NCBI GenBank assembly: GCA_022843945.1
Contig: JALHMR010000003.1
Span: 164,837 to 228,836, forward strand
From: Rhodospirillaceae bacterium
GTDB lineage: Bacteria; Pseudomonadota; Alphaproteobacteria; CACIAM-22H2
DNA: 64,000 bases
Direction: 5' to 3'
This document shows, one piece after another, positions 19,706 to 32,376 of this stretch. How positions within the stretch are numbered: position 1 is the stretch's first letter; every line of letters starts with the position of its first letter. The notes under the pieces are model-generated. The model did no database searches and had not been told where the DNA came from. It saw only the letters and a list, made by a program, of their open reading frames with translations. Position numbers and translations under genes: made by a program.

Positions 19706-20754
19706 CAGGCCGTCACCGCGCGGAAGAAATCGAGATAGCGGCGGACCACGGCGCTCTCGGTGAACGCCGCCTCGTAGGCGCTTCTGCCTGCCGCGGCCAG
19801 CGAGGCCCGCCGGGCCGGATCGGCGACCAGTGCTTCGATCGCCCGGGCCAGCGACGCCGCGTCATCGACCGGCACGATCATGCCGGTGCGTCCATCCTCG
19901 ACCAGCGCCGCAGGGCCGGCAGAGGCCGCGACGATCACCGGCCGGTCCTGCGCCCAGCCTTCGATCACCACATTGCCCAGCGGCTCGTGGCGCGACGGAC
20001 AGACCAGCACGTCGCTCGCGGCAAGGAGAGCCGGCACATCGTCGCGCCAGCCGAGCAGGCGCACCCGCGAGGCGAGGTCGAGACGCGCGATCTGCGCCTC
20101 GAGCTGCGGCCGCAATTCCCCCTCGCCGGCCAGCCAGAGAGTGGCACGCGGCACGCGGGCCATGGCATCGAGCAGGACGTCGAAGGCCTTGTTGGGATGA
20201 AACCGACCCAGCGCCAGCACGACCACGGCGTCGGCCGGCGTCTGCAGGGTCGCCCGATCGACGGCCGGGGCTTTCTCGGCCGTCACGAAATTCGGCAGGT
20301 AATGCGCCCGTTCGGCCGGCCATCCCTGGCGCTGGACATAGTCGACGATATCGCGCGTGTTCCCCACGAGGTGGTCGCAGCCGCGATAATATTTGAGATC
20401 GTAGTAGCCGCCGAGACGACCGACCCGCACGGCCCGGTCACCGGCCAGCCGCCGCGACGGCATCGCCGCGCTGGCCCGGTTCATCCAGGTCAGGATCACG
20501 CTCGGGCGATAGTCGCGGATCGCGGATCTCAGCCGGAACGGGGTCACGAAATCGAAGGCTCCGCCGAAGGCGAGCTCGATCGGCTCGAACCCGGCACGCC
20601 GAAGGCGCGCGCTACGCGCGTCGTCCCGGCGAATGGCAACACGCTGATCGACGCCCACGCGCCGCAACGCACCGACCAGCCGCTCGAAAAACGCTTCGGC
20701 GCCGCCCTGTTTCCGGCCGGCGATCGCTTGCAGCACACGCAGAGTCTCTGCCAC
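19705..20754 (-). CDS. Glycosyltransferase family 4
   Basis: GGAE N-terminal motif, EPLGNVVIE (EX7E); GTG start 20754 inferred. Confidence 0.88.
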   Translation of the reverse strand: MAETLRVLQAIAGRKQGGAEAFFERLVGALRRVGVDQRVAIRRDDARSARLRRAGFEPIELAFGGAFDFVTPFRLRSAIRDYRPSVILTWMNRASAAMPSRRLAGDRAVRVGRLGGYYDLKYYRGCDHLVGNTRDIVDYVQRQGWPAERAHYLPNFVTAEKAPAVDRATLQTPADAVVVLALGRFHPNKAFDVLLDAMARVPRATLWLAGEGELRPQLEAQIARLDLASRVRLLGWRDDVPALLAASDVLVCPSRHEPLGNVVIEGWAQDRPVIVAASAGPAALVEDGRTGMIVPVDDAASLARAIEALVADPARRASLAAAGRSAYEAAFTESAVVRRYLDFFRAVTA

Positions 20755-20799
20755 GATTCTTCCTGACACTAGGCCCGGCAACCTACGGCACCGGCACGC

Positions 20800-21849
20800 T
20801 CAAGTCGAGCCAATCAGGCGCTCGAAATCCGCCGCCGCGTCGTCCCAGCTCCGGCCGCGCTGGCGCGCCACCGCGCCGGCATGCAGGCGCGACCACAACG
20901 CGTCGTCGCTCAGCAGCTTGAGGGTGGCGGTCATGAATTCGTCTTCGTCACGCCCCTCCTCCGCCGACACGACGAAGCCGGTCGTGCGGTTGATGACCCG
21001 CTCCGGAAGCGAGCCGATGGCACAGACCACAGCCGGCACGCCCGCCGCCTGGGCCTCGGCGGCGGCCATGCAAAAGGTCTCGTCCGACGTGCCGCGATAG
21101 GTGAAGACGCGGAACGACGGCAGCTCCCGGGCGAGCTCCGCCTTGGGCAGGGGCTCGCGCAGGACGACGCCGGCTTCCGACATGCGTTTGGCGAATTCCA
21201 GAACCGGCAGCATGCGCTCCGCCTTGGCCGCCGCCCCGTAGGTCGAGGGCCCCGAGAAAATATGCAGCTCGGCCTTGGGTAGCGCGGGGTGGATGCGTGT
21301 GACCCAGAGCTCGATCAGCCAGTCCAGCCCGCGCAGGGGGTTGGAGGTGAATACGGCGCGTGGCGGCGGCGGAGTGTCGACGGGCTGGGCCTCGAGGAAA
21401 CAGGCATCGACGCCGTGCGGGATGGCGGCCCAGTCGCCGCTCGGCACCCAGGCCGGGCAGGTCGTGGCGTGATAAGGCCCGACGAAGACCAGCGTTGGCT
21501 TGCGGCGCCACAGCTTCCAGAGATAGCGCGGCTTCAGGAGATAGCGCGCCGGATTGTGAATCCAGAAGGCCACGCGGCGCGCCCGCGGCACCAGCGACAG
21601 CAGCCTGTCGCCGCGATTAGCAATGTAAAGGTCCGCGTCCTCGGGCGCCTCGGCACCGATGGGCTGCCAGGTCACGCCGTTATGCTCGACCGGCGCCGCG
21701 CAGTTCGACAGGGCCAGGACCGAGTGACCGCGCTTCGCCAGCGCCTCGGCCACCGCGACGAAGGCCGATTCGGCCCCGCCCAACGGGCCCCGCTCCGGGC
21801 TGCGTCCGTCGAACGCGATCCCGTCATCCGCCATGACGATGCGCGCCAT
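20800..21849 (-). CDS. Glycosyltransferase family 4
   Basis: LGGAES, ETFCMAAAE (EX7E) motifs. Confidence 0.85.
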   Translation of the reverse strand: MARIVMADDGIAFDGRSPERGPLGGAESAFVAVAEALAKRGHSVLALSNCAAPVEHNGVTWQPIGAEAPEDADLYIANRGDRLLSLVPRARRVAFWIHNPARYLLKPRYLWKLWRRKPTLVFVGPYHATTCPAWVPSGDWAAIPHGVDACFLEAQPVDTPPPPRAVFTSNPLRGLDWLIELWVTRIHPALPKAELHIFSGPSTYGAAAKAERMLPVLEFAKRMSEAGVVLREPLPKAELARELPSFRVFTYRGTSDETFCMAAAEAQAAGVPAVVCAIGSLPERVINRTTGFVVSAEEGRDEDEFMTATLKLLSDDALWSRLHAGAVARQRGRSWDDAAADFERLIGST

Positions 21850-22607
21850 CAGTCGGCTTCCAGCTTCGCCTTGAGGTGCGAGACGATCGGGTAGAGCCCG
21901 GCCATCAGCGCGATCAACAGGCCCCAGCCACCCTCACGGTAGCCTTTGCGCCGCACATAGCATTTGTAGAAGCGCGAGAAGATGCGCCGCACGTATTTCC
22001 ACGTTGGGTCGGGATCGCCCGTCTCGCGCAGGTCGCGGGCCCGCGCCGTGGTGTAGCTGTCGAGCCGGCGCAGCATGTCGGAGATGTTGCGGTCGACGAG
22101 ATGCACCAGGCGATGGCGCAGCGGCGTCCCTTCCCGCCCCGTGAGATGGATCTGCGGATGCACGCGGCCCTTGCCCCAGCTCTTGCTGCCCTTGCGGAAC
22201 AGGCCCGGGTAGGCGGATTTGCCGAAGCTCGCGCCCCAGCCGTAACGCACGAGGGTCTTGCCGATGTAATTGTCGACCGGGATCAGATGGCGGTCGGCGC
22301 TCGACTGGCGGACGGCTTCGCGAATCTCGGCGGCCAGCTCGCTCCCCACCCGCTCGTCCGCATCGACCTCGAGGATCCAGTCGCCGGAGCAGGCCGCGAT
22401 CCCGGCGTTGCGTCGTTCGCCCTCGCGCGTCCACGCCCCCTCGATGATCACGGCGCCGGCCCGCTCGGCGATGGCGCGCGAGCCGTCCGTGCAGCGATCG
22501 AGCGCCACGACGATCTCGTCGGCGAAAGCGAGCCCGGCCAGGCACTCGGCGAGCTGGCGCTCCTCGTTGTGCACCGTCACCAGGGCGGAGAGTCTTGGTC
22601 CGCTCAT
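21849..22607 (-). CDS. Glycosyltransferase family 2 (WaaE/KdtX-like)
   Basis: HNEE, CTDGS and WILEVDADE motifs; ATG 22607. Confidence 0.88.
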   Translation of the reverse strand: MSGPRLSALVTVHNEERQLAECLAGLAFADEIVVALDRCTDGSRAIAERAGAVIIEGAWTREGERRNAGIAACSGDWILEVDADERVGSELAAEIREAVRQSSADRHLIPVDNYIGKTLVRYGWGASFGKSAYPGLFRKGSKSWGKGRVHPQIHLTGREGTPLRHRLVHLVDRNISDMLRRLDSYTTARARDLRETGDPDPTWKYVRRIFSRFYKCYVRRKGYREGGWGLLIALMAGLYPIVSHLKAKLEAD

Positions 22608-23563
22608 GCGGCGCGGTCCCGCGTGCGCTCGTAGAGCGCCGTCGCCGCCGCGGCCACGGCGTCGACGGTCAGGCTGCCCATCAGGCTGCCGGTGGTCCGG
22701 TGATCGAAGCCGGCGTGGCCCATCAGCTGCTGGGGCGTGAGCGGCGTACGCACCACGGCGGCGCGTGGCCCCCAGGGGCCGTAGCGCGTCTCGTTGCCCG
22801 GTCCGAACAGGCCCAGGGTGGGCGTGCCGACCGCCGCCGCCATGTGCATGAGGCCCGAATCGTTGCCGATATAGAGCGCGCAGCGCCGCAGGCAGGCGGC
22901 GGCCGTCGGCAGGTCGACCTTGCCGATGAGATCGATACGCCGATGCTCGGGAACGGCGCGCAGCACCGGCTCGGCCGCTTCCCGTTCCGCGGCGGCGCCG
23001 AAGAGCGCGACGCGCGCGCCGGCCAGCGCGCCGCCGTTGCCGGTCAGCCGCTCGATCAGGGCGGCGAAATTCTCGGCCGGCCATTCCTTGCCGCGCCAGT
23101 TCGCCGTCGGGCCGATGCCGAGAACCGTGCCGGAGGATATGAGCGCCGCAGCCTGGCGGCCCTGCTCCGCCGTGTTCCACAGAACCGGGGCCGGCGGCGG
23201 CTCCACGCCGAACAGCTCAGCGAGCTCGGCGACGCCGTGCCGGGCGTGCTCGCGGCGGCCCCGCACGATCCGCCGGTCGGCCCACAGGAACCAGGCCAGG
23301 GCGGAGGCGCGCAGGTCCACGACCAGCTGCCAATGCGTGGTGACGCAGCTGGCCCACAAATCGAGCCAATGACGGCTCAGCGGCTTCTTGTCGATGACGA
23401 TCAGCCGCTCCAGCCTGGGGAACGGCTCGAGCAGCGCCGCAGCCGGCCGCCCGCAGGCGATGGTGAAGCGCGCCTCGGGATGGCGCCGCGCCAGAAAATC
23501 GAGAACCCCGGTCGTGATCACGACATCGCCGATGCGCGTCGCGGTGACGAACAGGATTTTCAC
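22604..23563 (-). CDS. Glycosyltransferase family 9 (LPS heptosyltransferase-like)
   Basis: RIGD, KEWP and GNDSGLMHMAAAVGTPTLGLFG motifs; GTG 23563. Confidence 0.9.
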   Translation of the reverse strand: MKILFVTATRIGDVVITTGVLDFLARRHPEARFTIACGRPAAALLEPFPRLERLIVIDKKPLSRHWLDLWASCVTTHWQLVVDLRASALAWFLWADRRIVRGRREHARHGVAELAELFGVEPPPAPVLWNTAEQGRQAAALISSGTVLGIGPTANWRGKEWPAENFAALIERLTGNGGALAGARVALFGAAAEREAAEPVLRAVPEHRRIDLIGKVDLPTAAACLRRCALYIGNDSGLMHMAAAVGTPTLGLFGPGNETRYGPWGPRAAVVRTPLTPQQLMGHAGFDHRTTGSLMGSLTVDAVAAAATALYERTRDRAA

Positions 23564-24591
23564 GTCAGCTTGTCCTCCCACTCCGCCGCGGCGATCGCCC
23601 AGGTCCGCCCGCGCTTGAACAGCCGCGCGTTGGCGCTCATGCGGTCGAAGGCCAGGCGGTCGTTGAGCAAGGTGATCGTGGCGGCGGCGAAGGCGGTGTT
23701 GTTCGCGGCGATGGTCCCGGTCTGGCCGTCGGCCACGCGATCGACGACGGTCGTGTTGGCGGCGCGGGCCACGGCCGGCAGGCCCATCGCCTGGCTTTCG
23801 GCCAGCGTGAAGCCGTAGACGTCGCCCGGCTCGCCGGGATGCAGATGCGCCCGCGCCTGGCGATAGGCTTCGGCCATCGCCGGATCGGCCAGCGGGCGCT
23901 TGACCACCACGCCGTAGGCGCGGGCCGCCGTAGCCTCCTCGATGATCGAGGCGAAGCCGGGCGGCACGGCGCCGCCAAGTTGCGCCTTGTCGAGCACGGC
24001 GGAATAGACATGCAGCTCGGCCGTCGGCGCCTCGGGCCGGATACGCGCCATCCACAGGCGCAGCAGCCAGAGCAGCCCGCCCAGCGGATGCGCCGTGGTG
24101 ATGGCATGCGGCGGCTCGGCCGGGTTCATCGCGTCGTCCTCGAGGTAGGCCGAGGCGATACCGGGCTCGTTGACCGAGGTCTCGAGCCCGAGCGGATTGG
24201 CAAAGGCTTCCTGCTGCGCCTTGTTGATGAAGACAAGGCGCGGGCGATGCCGCTCCAGCGCGTCGCGCGCGGCCTCGGTCTGCAGGTCGGCCAGCGCGCC
24301 GCCCACCCAGACGAGGCGCTTTCCGGCGACCGGCACCTGGTCGAGCAGCTCGGGCCGGCGGAAGGCGATCAGCGCATCGGAGGCCACCGGGCGCTCGCCC
24401 TCCCAGGTGATCCAGCGCGAGCCGTGCACCGTGACCGGGAAGGCGGCACGGTTGATGACCGTGACGTCGTGGCCGCGCATCGAGAGGGCCGGCGGCAGGC
24501 TGGCGAACAGCTTCTCGGGCCCGTCGAGCGGCTGGCTCGGCGGGCTGTAGCCGTCGAAGGGGATCGAGTCATCGATGAAAGTCACACGCAT
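23560..24591 (-). CDS. Glycosyltransferase family 4-like protein (paralog of 20800-21849)
   Basis: Colinear similarity to the 20800-21849 GT; DVYGFTLAE motif. Confidence 0.78.
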   Translation of the reverse strand: MRVTFIDDSIPFDGYSPPSQPLDGPEKLFASLPPALSMRGHDVTVINRAAFPVTVHGSRWITWEGERPVASDALIAFRRPELLDQVPVAGKRLVWVGGALADLQTEAARDALERHRPRLVFINKAQQEAFANPLGLETSVNEPGIASAYLEDDAMNPAEPPHAITTAHPLGGLLWLLRLWMARIRPEAPTAELHVYSAVLDKAQLGGAVPPGFASIIEEATAARAYGVVVKRPLADPAMAEAYRQARAHLHPGEPGDVYGFTLAESQAMGLPAVARAANTTVVDRVADGQTGTIAANNTAFAAATITLLNDRLAFDRMSANARLFKRGRTWAIAAAEWEDKLT

Positions 24592-24675
24592 GGCAGGGAC
24601 TTATAAGGGGCCGCCCGGGGCTTGCCAACGGAGCCGAGCGCGCTTAGGTGTTGGCCAGGTTAACGAGGCGATTCT

Positions 24676-25587
24676 ATGTCCGAGCGATTCTATCTCGTCC
24701 TCGACGACCGCGGGCTGCTGACCGTGGCCGGCGACGACCGCGCCACGTTCCTCCAGGGGCTGATCTCCAACGACGTCCTCAAGGTCAGCGCGGGCCGGGC
24801 CATCTATGCCAGCCTGCTGACGGCGCAGGGCCGCTTCCTGCACGATTTCTTCATCGCCGCCCTGGGTGACACGGCGGGGGGCGAGAGCTTCGTCCTCGAT
24901 GCCGAGGGCGCGCGGCTCGAGGACCTGCGCAAGCGGCTGATGCTCTACCGGCTGCGCTCGAAGGTGACCCTGGCACCGCTGGCCGACCATGTCGTGGTGG
25001 TGGCCTTCGGACCCGGCACGCAGGCCGCCCTGGACCTGCCCGAGGAGGCCGGAAGCGCGGCGCCCTTCGCCGGCGGGGTCGCCTATGTGGACCCGCGCCT
25101 GAGCGGGCTGGGGGCGCGGCTCATCATCCCAGGCGAGCGTCTGGAGGCGGTCGCCGCCGCGGGCTTCAAGCCGGGCGAGCGCGCGGCCTACGACAGACTG
25201 CGCCTGTCGCTGGGCGCGCCCGACGGCAGCCGCGACATGCCGGTGGAGAAGGCGCTGCTGCTCGAGAACAACTTCGACGAGCTCAACGGCGTCGACTGGA
25301 AGAAGGGCTGCTATGTCGGCCAGGAAGTCACGGCGCGCATGAAGTATCGCGCGCTGGTGCGCAAGCGCCTGCTGCCGGTGCGCATCGAAGGCGCGGTGCC
25401 CGCCCCCGGCACCGCCGTCACCCTCGACGGCGAGGAGGTCGGCGAGATGCGCAGCGGCTCGGACGGCTGGGGCCTCGCCTTCCTGCGCCTCGAGGCGGTG
25501 GAGACGGCCGAGCGCGAGGGCAAGCCGCTGAGCGCGGGCGGCGCCGCCCTCACCCCGCTCAAGCCGGCGTGGTGGAACGCGGCGTAG
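24676..25587 (+). CDS. ygfZ: Folate-binding Fe-S maturation protein YgfZ
   Basis: FLQGLISND and KGCYVGQE motifs. Confidence 0.93.
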   Translation: MSERFYLVLDDRGLLTVAGDDRATFLQGLISNDVLKVSAGRAIYASLLTAQGRFLHDFFIAALGDTAGGESFVLDAEGARLEDLRKRLMLYRLRSKVTLAPLADHVVVVAFGPGTQAALDLPEEAGSAAPFAGGVAYVDPRLSGLGARLIIPGERLEAVAAAGFKPGERAAYDRLRLSLGAPDGSRDMPVEKALLLENNFDELNGVDWKKGCYVGQEVTARMKYRALVRKRLLPVRIEGAVPAPGTAVTLDGEEVGEMRSGSDGWGLAFLRLEAVETAEREGKPLSAGGAALTPLKPAWWNAA

Positions 25588-27153
25588 TCAGTTTCCCGAG
25601 GCCGTGCTCACCGGGTTTTCGTAGCTGTCGAACTGAAGCGGCCCTTGCGGGTCGACGATCCGCTTGATCGTGGTGCCAGAAACCGTCAACGGCGGCAGCG
25701 GAACCCCGATCGGCTGCAGCAGCTCGCGTACCAGCAGCTCGTCGATGGCCGTGCGCGTCCTGACGTACTCCGCTGGCTGATCCGGCCGGCGGACAGCAAA
25801 CAAGGTGCCAAACTGGTCATCGTTGGTTTGGTACACACGCGCGCCGTGGTCACCGTGGACAACGACATGTGCGGCCGGGCTCGTCGCCGCCAGAAGCTCC
25901 GCCACGATACGGTTCGTGCAGCCCATCTGCTCCAGATAAAGCTTGTAGTGCTCCTGCTTCGTGGGACCGTACCAGGTGCCTGGGCCGCCGCGCAGCCGGC
26001 ATTGCGCGTCAAGCGCAAACGGATGATGGGGGATCATGAGATGGGCCAAGACAAGGTCACCTGGGCCAAAGCGCGACATATCGTCGACCAGCAATCGCGC
26101 CAGAGCGCGCACCGACAGCGGCGTATAGGGGAGACGGCCCGACGATCCCGCCGTTATCGGGGATAGCGTGATGGCGGTCCGCGACGCCAGGGCATCAGCC
26201 CCTTTGTTATAGAGGGCCGCCAGCCCCACCCAAATGCTGGAACGGTCCAGGAAGGTCGTCGCCAACAGATAGAACTTGTCGCGAACCGGTATCTCCGCCT
26301 GCTCGATCCAGTTCAGCGAGCGGAAACGAACCGTCGTACAAGTCGCGACGTCCTGCGTGCAGAAATCCAGAATGTCGGTCTGGTAGACATGGACACGGTA
26401 GCCGAATTCGACCATACGACGAAAATATTCGGATCTCTGCAGGGTCCACTCGAGTCCTCTGCCGTAGCGGATGAGCTCGCCGTCGCGCTGCGCGATGCCG
26501 AAGTTCACGAGATCCGGCAGCGAATTCCAGGTCCATGAGCTGCGGCTGAACGCCCCGCCGTAAAGCCGGAAGCCCTGCTCGGCATAAAACGCCCGCAACC
26601 TGCTTTTCATCTCCTCGCTGCCCGGCACATCCGCGGGAAGCGTTTCCACACCCTGATGGCCGTCGAGGACCAGATGCAGGACCGGTGGCGGGGCCGTGAC
26701 CGCCGGCGGCGTCTTCGCCGCCACGCTGCTTGTGCGGCTGATCGGGTTCTCCGCAGGCATGGCGAGGGTGGCAAGCAGCATCGCGAAGCCGCCCGCGGTC
26801 CCGATCACATGAAGATTACGCCCCAGGAGCCAGCTCAGCATGAAGCCGATCAGAAATGCACCTGGCACGTGGTATCGGCTGCGGATGCCTACCACCGACC
26901 ATTCGACGACGTGATTGAGAAAGACGGTGACAAGGATGCCAACGACTATGGCGCGCATCACGCGCCCGCCGCGATGCATCACGACCCCCACTGCGGCCCC
27001 GATCGTTGCCAGCATCGCGAGGAGCGCGAGGCTCTCCGACCGGTCGACGGAATAGATCTGGAAGTGCAGCAGCAGCACCCCCATGGTCAGCAAAAGGCCT
27101 GTCGGGAACAGCAGTACCCACAGCCAGTCCCAGCGCGCGGCAGCCTGGCTCAT
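25588..27153 (-). CDS. Membrane protein with C-terminal alkaline phosphatase/sulfatase-superfamily domain
   Basis: About five N-terminal TM helices; HLVLDG, WTWNS, HLMIPHHPF and VVHGDHG metal-site motifs. Confidence 0.7.
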   Translation of the reverse strand: MSQAAARWDWLWVLLFPTGLLLTMGVLLLHFQIYSVDRSESLALLAMLATIGAAVGVVMHRGGRVMRAIVVGILVTVFLNHVVEWSVVGIRSRYHVPGAFLIGFMLSWLLGRNLHVIGTAGGFAMLLATLAMPAENPISRTSSVAAKTPPAVTAPPPVLHLVLDGHQGVETLPADVPGSEEMKSRLRAFYAEQGFRLYGGAFSRSSWTWNSLPDLVNFGIAQRDGELIRYGRGLEWTLQRSEYFRRMVEFGYRVHVYQTDILDFCTQDVATCTTVRFRSLNWIEQAEIPVRDKFYLLATTFLDRSSIWVGLAALYNKGADALASRTAITLSPITAGSSGRLPYTPLSVRALARLLVDDMSRFGPGDLVLAHLMIPHHPFALDAQCRLRGGPGTWYGPTKQEHYKLYLEQMGCTNRIVAELLAATSPAAHVVVHGDHGARVYQTNDDQFGTLFAVRRPDQPAEYVRTRTAIDELLVRELLQPIGVPLPPLTVSGTTIKRIVDPQGPLQFDSYENPVSTASGN

Positions 27154-27189
27154 TCCTGGCGCTCGATCGGCAGGTCCGAGATGGCTAGA

Positions 27190-27420
27190 TCAGTCGGCGT
27201 CGCTGTTCTCCCGGCTTCCGGGTGCCGCGGGGCGCCGCTTGAAGAAAACCATGATCTTGTCCCAGTACAGCCTGGCGGTCACAGCCCCCATCGCAAGGCC
27301 CCCGATGATCGCCTGGAGGATGATGCTCCCCGTGCCCGGATCGAGATAAGCATGGGCGGGCGCGGTGGTGGCCGCGATCACGGCGACCGCCAGCCACAGG
27401 GCTTGAGGAAGGTAGATCAT
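27190..27420 (-). CDS. Small secreted/membrane protein with YLDPGTGS motif
   Basis: GGAGG upstream of ATG 27420; signal peptide ending AHA, YLDPGTGS, TM helix, basic KRR tail. Confidence 0.75.
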   Translation of the reverse strand: MIYLPQALWLAVAVIAATTAPAHAYLDPGTGSIILQAIIGGLAMGAVTARLYWDKIMVFFKRRPAAPGSRENSDAD

Positions 27421-27571
27421 CGTGTCCCTCCGTCGATTGCTGTCAGGTTGCGGATTGGCTACCGCAATGTGACAAACCATAACGGGGCACGGCCGATTGG
27501 CAGCGTGGCAATATTAGGTTCATCCGGTTGTCATTACCGGGTCGCCTGGCACAGCATGGTACCTTGCTGTT

Positions 27572-28993
27572 GTGCCGCAAGACCTCGCCCCCCGCAGAAA
27601 CCTTGCCGAGCCCGTTTCAGGTTCGTTCCGCGACCCCAGCGGGAGCGTCTTCCGCAACGACGGTCGGATCTTCCGCACCATCGCGCGCCGCGCCGTCGAC
27701 GATTTCGAGTGGGTGCGCGCCACGGGGCTGCTCGACAAGCTCGTCAGCGACGGCGTGCTGGTCGGCTGGCAGGAGGTCGAACGCCCGGCCTGGTTGGCGG
27801 TCGAGGGGGTCGCCAAAGTACTCGAGCACGAGCCCCTGGCCTTCATCTCGCACCCCTACGAATGGTCGTTCGCCGGGCTGAAGGCCGCTGGGCTGCTCCA
27901 TCTCGATATTCATCTGCAAGCGCTGGCCAGGGGCGTCACGCTCTCCGACGCGACGGCCTACAACATCCAGTTTCGCGGGCCGCGGCCGGTCTTCATCGAT
28001 CATCTGTCGTTCCGGCCCTACCGCAACGGCGAATTCTGGGCCGGCCATCGGCAATTCTGCGAGCAGTTCCTCAATCCTCTGGTGCTGCGCGCCAGGCTCG
28101 GCATTCCTCACCACGCCTGGCTGCGCGGCGCGATGGAGGGCTTGCCCACCCAGCACCTGGCGGCCGTCCTGCCCTGGACGGCGCGGCTGTCGCCGAGCCT
28201 GCTGCTCCACGTCTTTGCCAATGCCAGGCTGGAGCGGGCCGCGCTGCGCAAGGGCAATTTCGAGGTGCAACGCCTGGCCTCGCGCCGACAGCTGCCGCGC
28301 GCTTCGTTCGAAGGCCTGCTGCGCGGCTTGCGTAATTTCATCGCCGACCTCGAGCCGAAGGACGGCGGCGCCTCAGCCTGGACTGGCTACGCCGCCGACA
28401 ACAGCTACGCCGCACCGGAGGCGCAGCAGAAGGCACAGTTCATCGCCCGCTTCGCCGAGCGCGTCCGGCCCGGGATGCTGTGGGACATTGGCTGCAACAC
28501 CGGCGAGTACAGCAAGGTCGCGTTGGAACACGGTGCGGGTGATGCGATCGGCTTCGAGTACGACTCGCTGACGCTGGAGCGGGCCTTCAAGCGAGCGGTC
28601 GCCGAGGACCTTTCGTTCCTGCCGCTGCACCAGGACGCCGCCAATCCGAGCCCCGATCAGGGCTGGCGGCAGCAGGAGCGCCGCGGCCTGGCCGCACGGC
28701 GCGGGGCCGATGGGGTCATCGCTTTGGCCGTGGTTCATCACCTGGCGATCGGCCGCAACATTCCCCTGCCCCAGGTCGTCGACTGGCTGGTGGACATGGC
28801 GCCCGAGGGCGTGATCGAGTTCGTGCGCCGCGACGACCCGATGGTGCAGCAGATGCTGGCGCTGCGTGACGACATCTTCGACGACTACGGCGACGCGGCC
28901 TTCGATGCGGCGCTCGCGGCGCGGGCGCGCGTGGCCGACAGCGAGACGCTCGCCGGCTCGGGGCGGCGCCTGGTCGCGTATTCCCGCCGCTAG
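27572..28993 (+). CDS. NoeA-like protein: kinase-like N-terminal domain plus class I SAM-dependent methyltransferase
   Basis: GSFRDPSG, LSDATAYNIQF, PVFID; C-terminal WDIGCNTGEYS SAM motif and LAVVHHL. Confidence 0.78.
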   Translation: MPQDLAPRRNLAEPVSGSFRDPSGSVFRNDGRIFRTIARRAVDDFEWVRATGLLDKLVSDGVLVGWQEVERPAWLAVEGVAKVLEHEPLAFISHPYEWSFAGLKAAGLLHLDIHLQALARGVTLSDATAYNIQFRGPRPVFIDHLSFRPYRNGEFWAGHRQFCEQFLNPLVLRARLGIPHHAWLRGAMEGLPTQHLAAVLPWTARLSPSLLLHVFANARLERAALRKGNFEVQRLASRRQLPRASFEGLLRGLRNFIADLEPKDGGASAWTGYAADNSYAAPEAQQKAQFIARFAERVRPGMLWDIGCNTGEYSKVALEHGAGDAIGFEYDSLTLERAFKRAVAEDLSFLPLHQDAANPSPDQGWRQQERRGLAARRGADGVIALAVVHHLAIGRNIPLPQVVDWLVDMAPEGVIEFVRRDDPMVQQMLALRDDIFDDYGDAAFDAALAARARVADSETLAGSGRRLVAYSRR

Positions 28994-29409
28994 AGGTTGG
29001 CGCGGATCTTCTCGGCCAGCGCCGCGAGCTCGGCCTTGTCGCCGGGCTTCAATCCCCAGTTCATCTTGAGCTCGTCGCCCAGGCGGCGCGGCAGGATGTG
29101 CATGTGGAAGTGGAATACCGACTGCGCCGCGCCCGGGCCGTTGGCCTGCAGGAGATTCAAGCCGTCGGGCGTCACCGTCTTCTCGACCGCCGTGGCGACC
29201 TTGCGCACGGTGGCCATCACCGCGGCGAGATCCTTATCGTCGCTGGCATAGAGGTTGACCGCGTGCGCCTTGGGGATGACCAGCGCGTGGCCCGGATTGC
29301 CCGGATTGATGTCGAGGAAGGCGAAGGTCGCCGAATCCTCGTAGAGCTTGAACGAGGGAATCGCCCCCGCCACGATCTTGCAGAAGATGCAGTTCGCGTC
29401 CGTGGCCAT
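28990..29409 (-). CDS. HIT family protein
   Basis: CIFCKI and HFHMHIL histidine triad; ATG 29409. Confidence 0.93.
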   Translation of the reverse strand: MATDANCIFCKIVAGAIPSFKLYEDSATFAFLDINPGNPGHALVIPKAHAVNLYASDDKDLAAVMATVRKVATAVEKTVTPDGLNLLQANGPGAAQSVFHFHMHILPRRLGDELKMNWGLKPGDKAELAALAEKIRANL

Positions 29410-29428
29410 GGTCCCTCCCCTGTTGCGC

Positions 29429-32362
<2,934 letters not shown>

Positions 32363-32376
32363 AGCGCTCTCCGCGA

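Noticed and set aside
27546-27570. Sigma-54 promoter (TGGCAC...TTGC) before the NoeA-like gene
   Set aside because: Spacing between the elements is 11 nt rather than the required 5; more likely a hairpin
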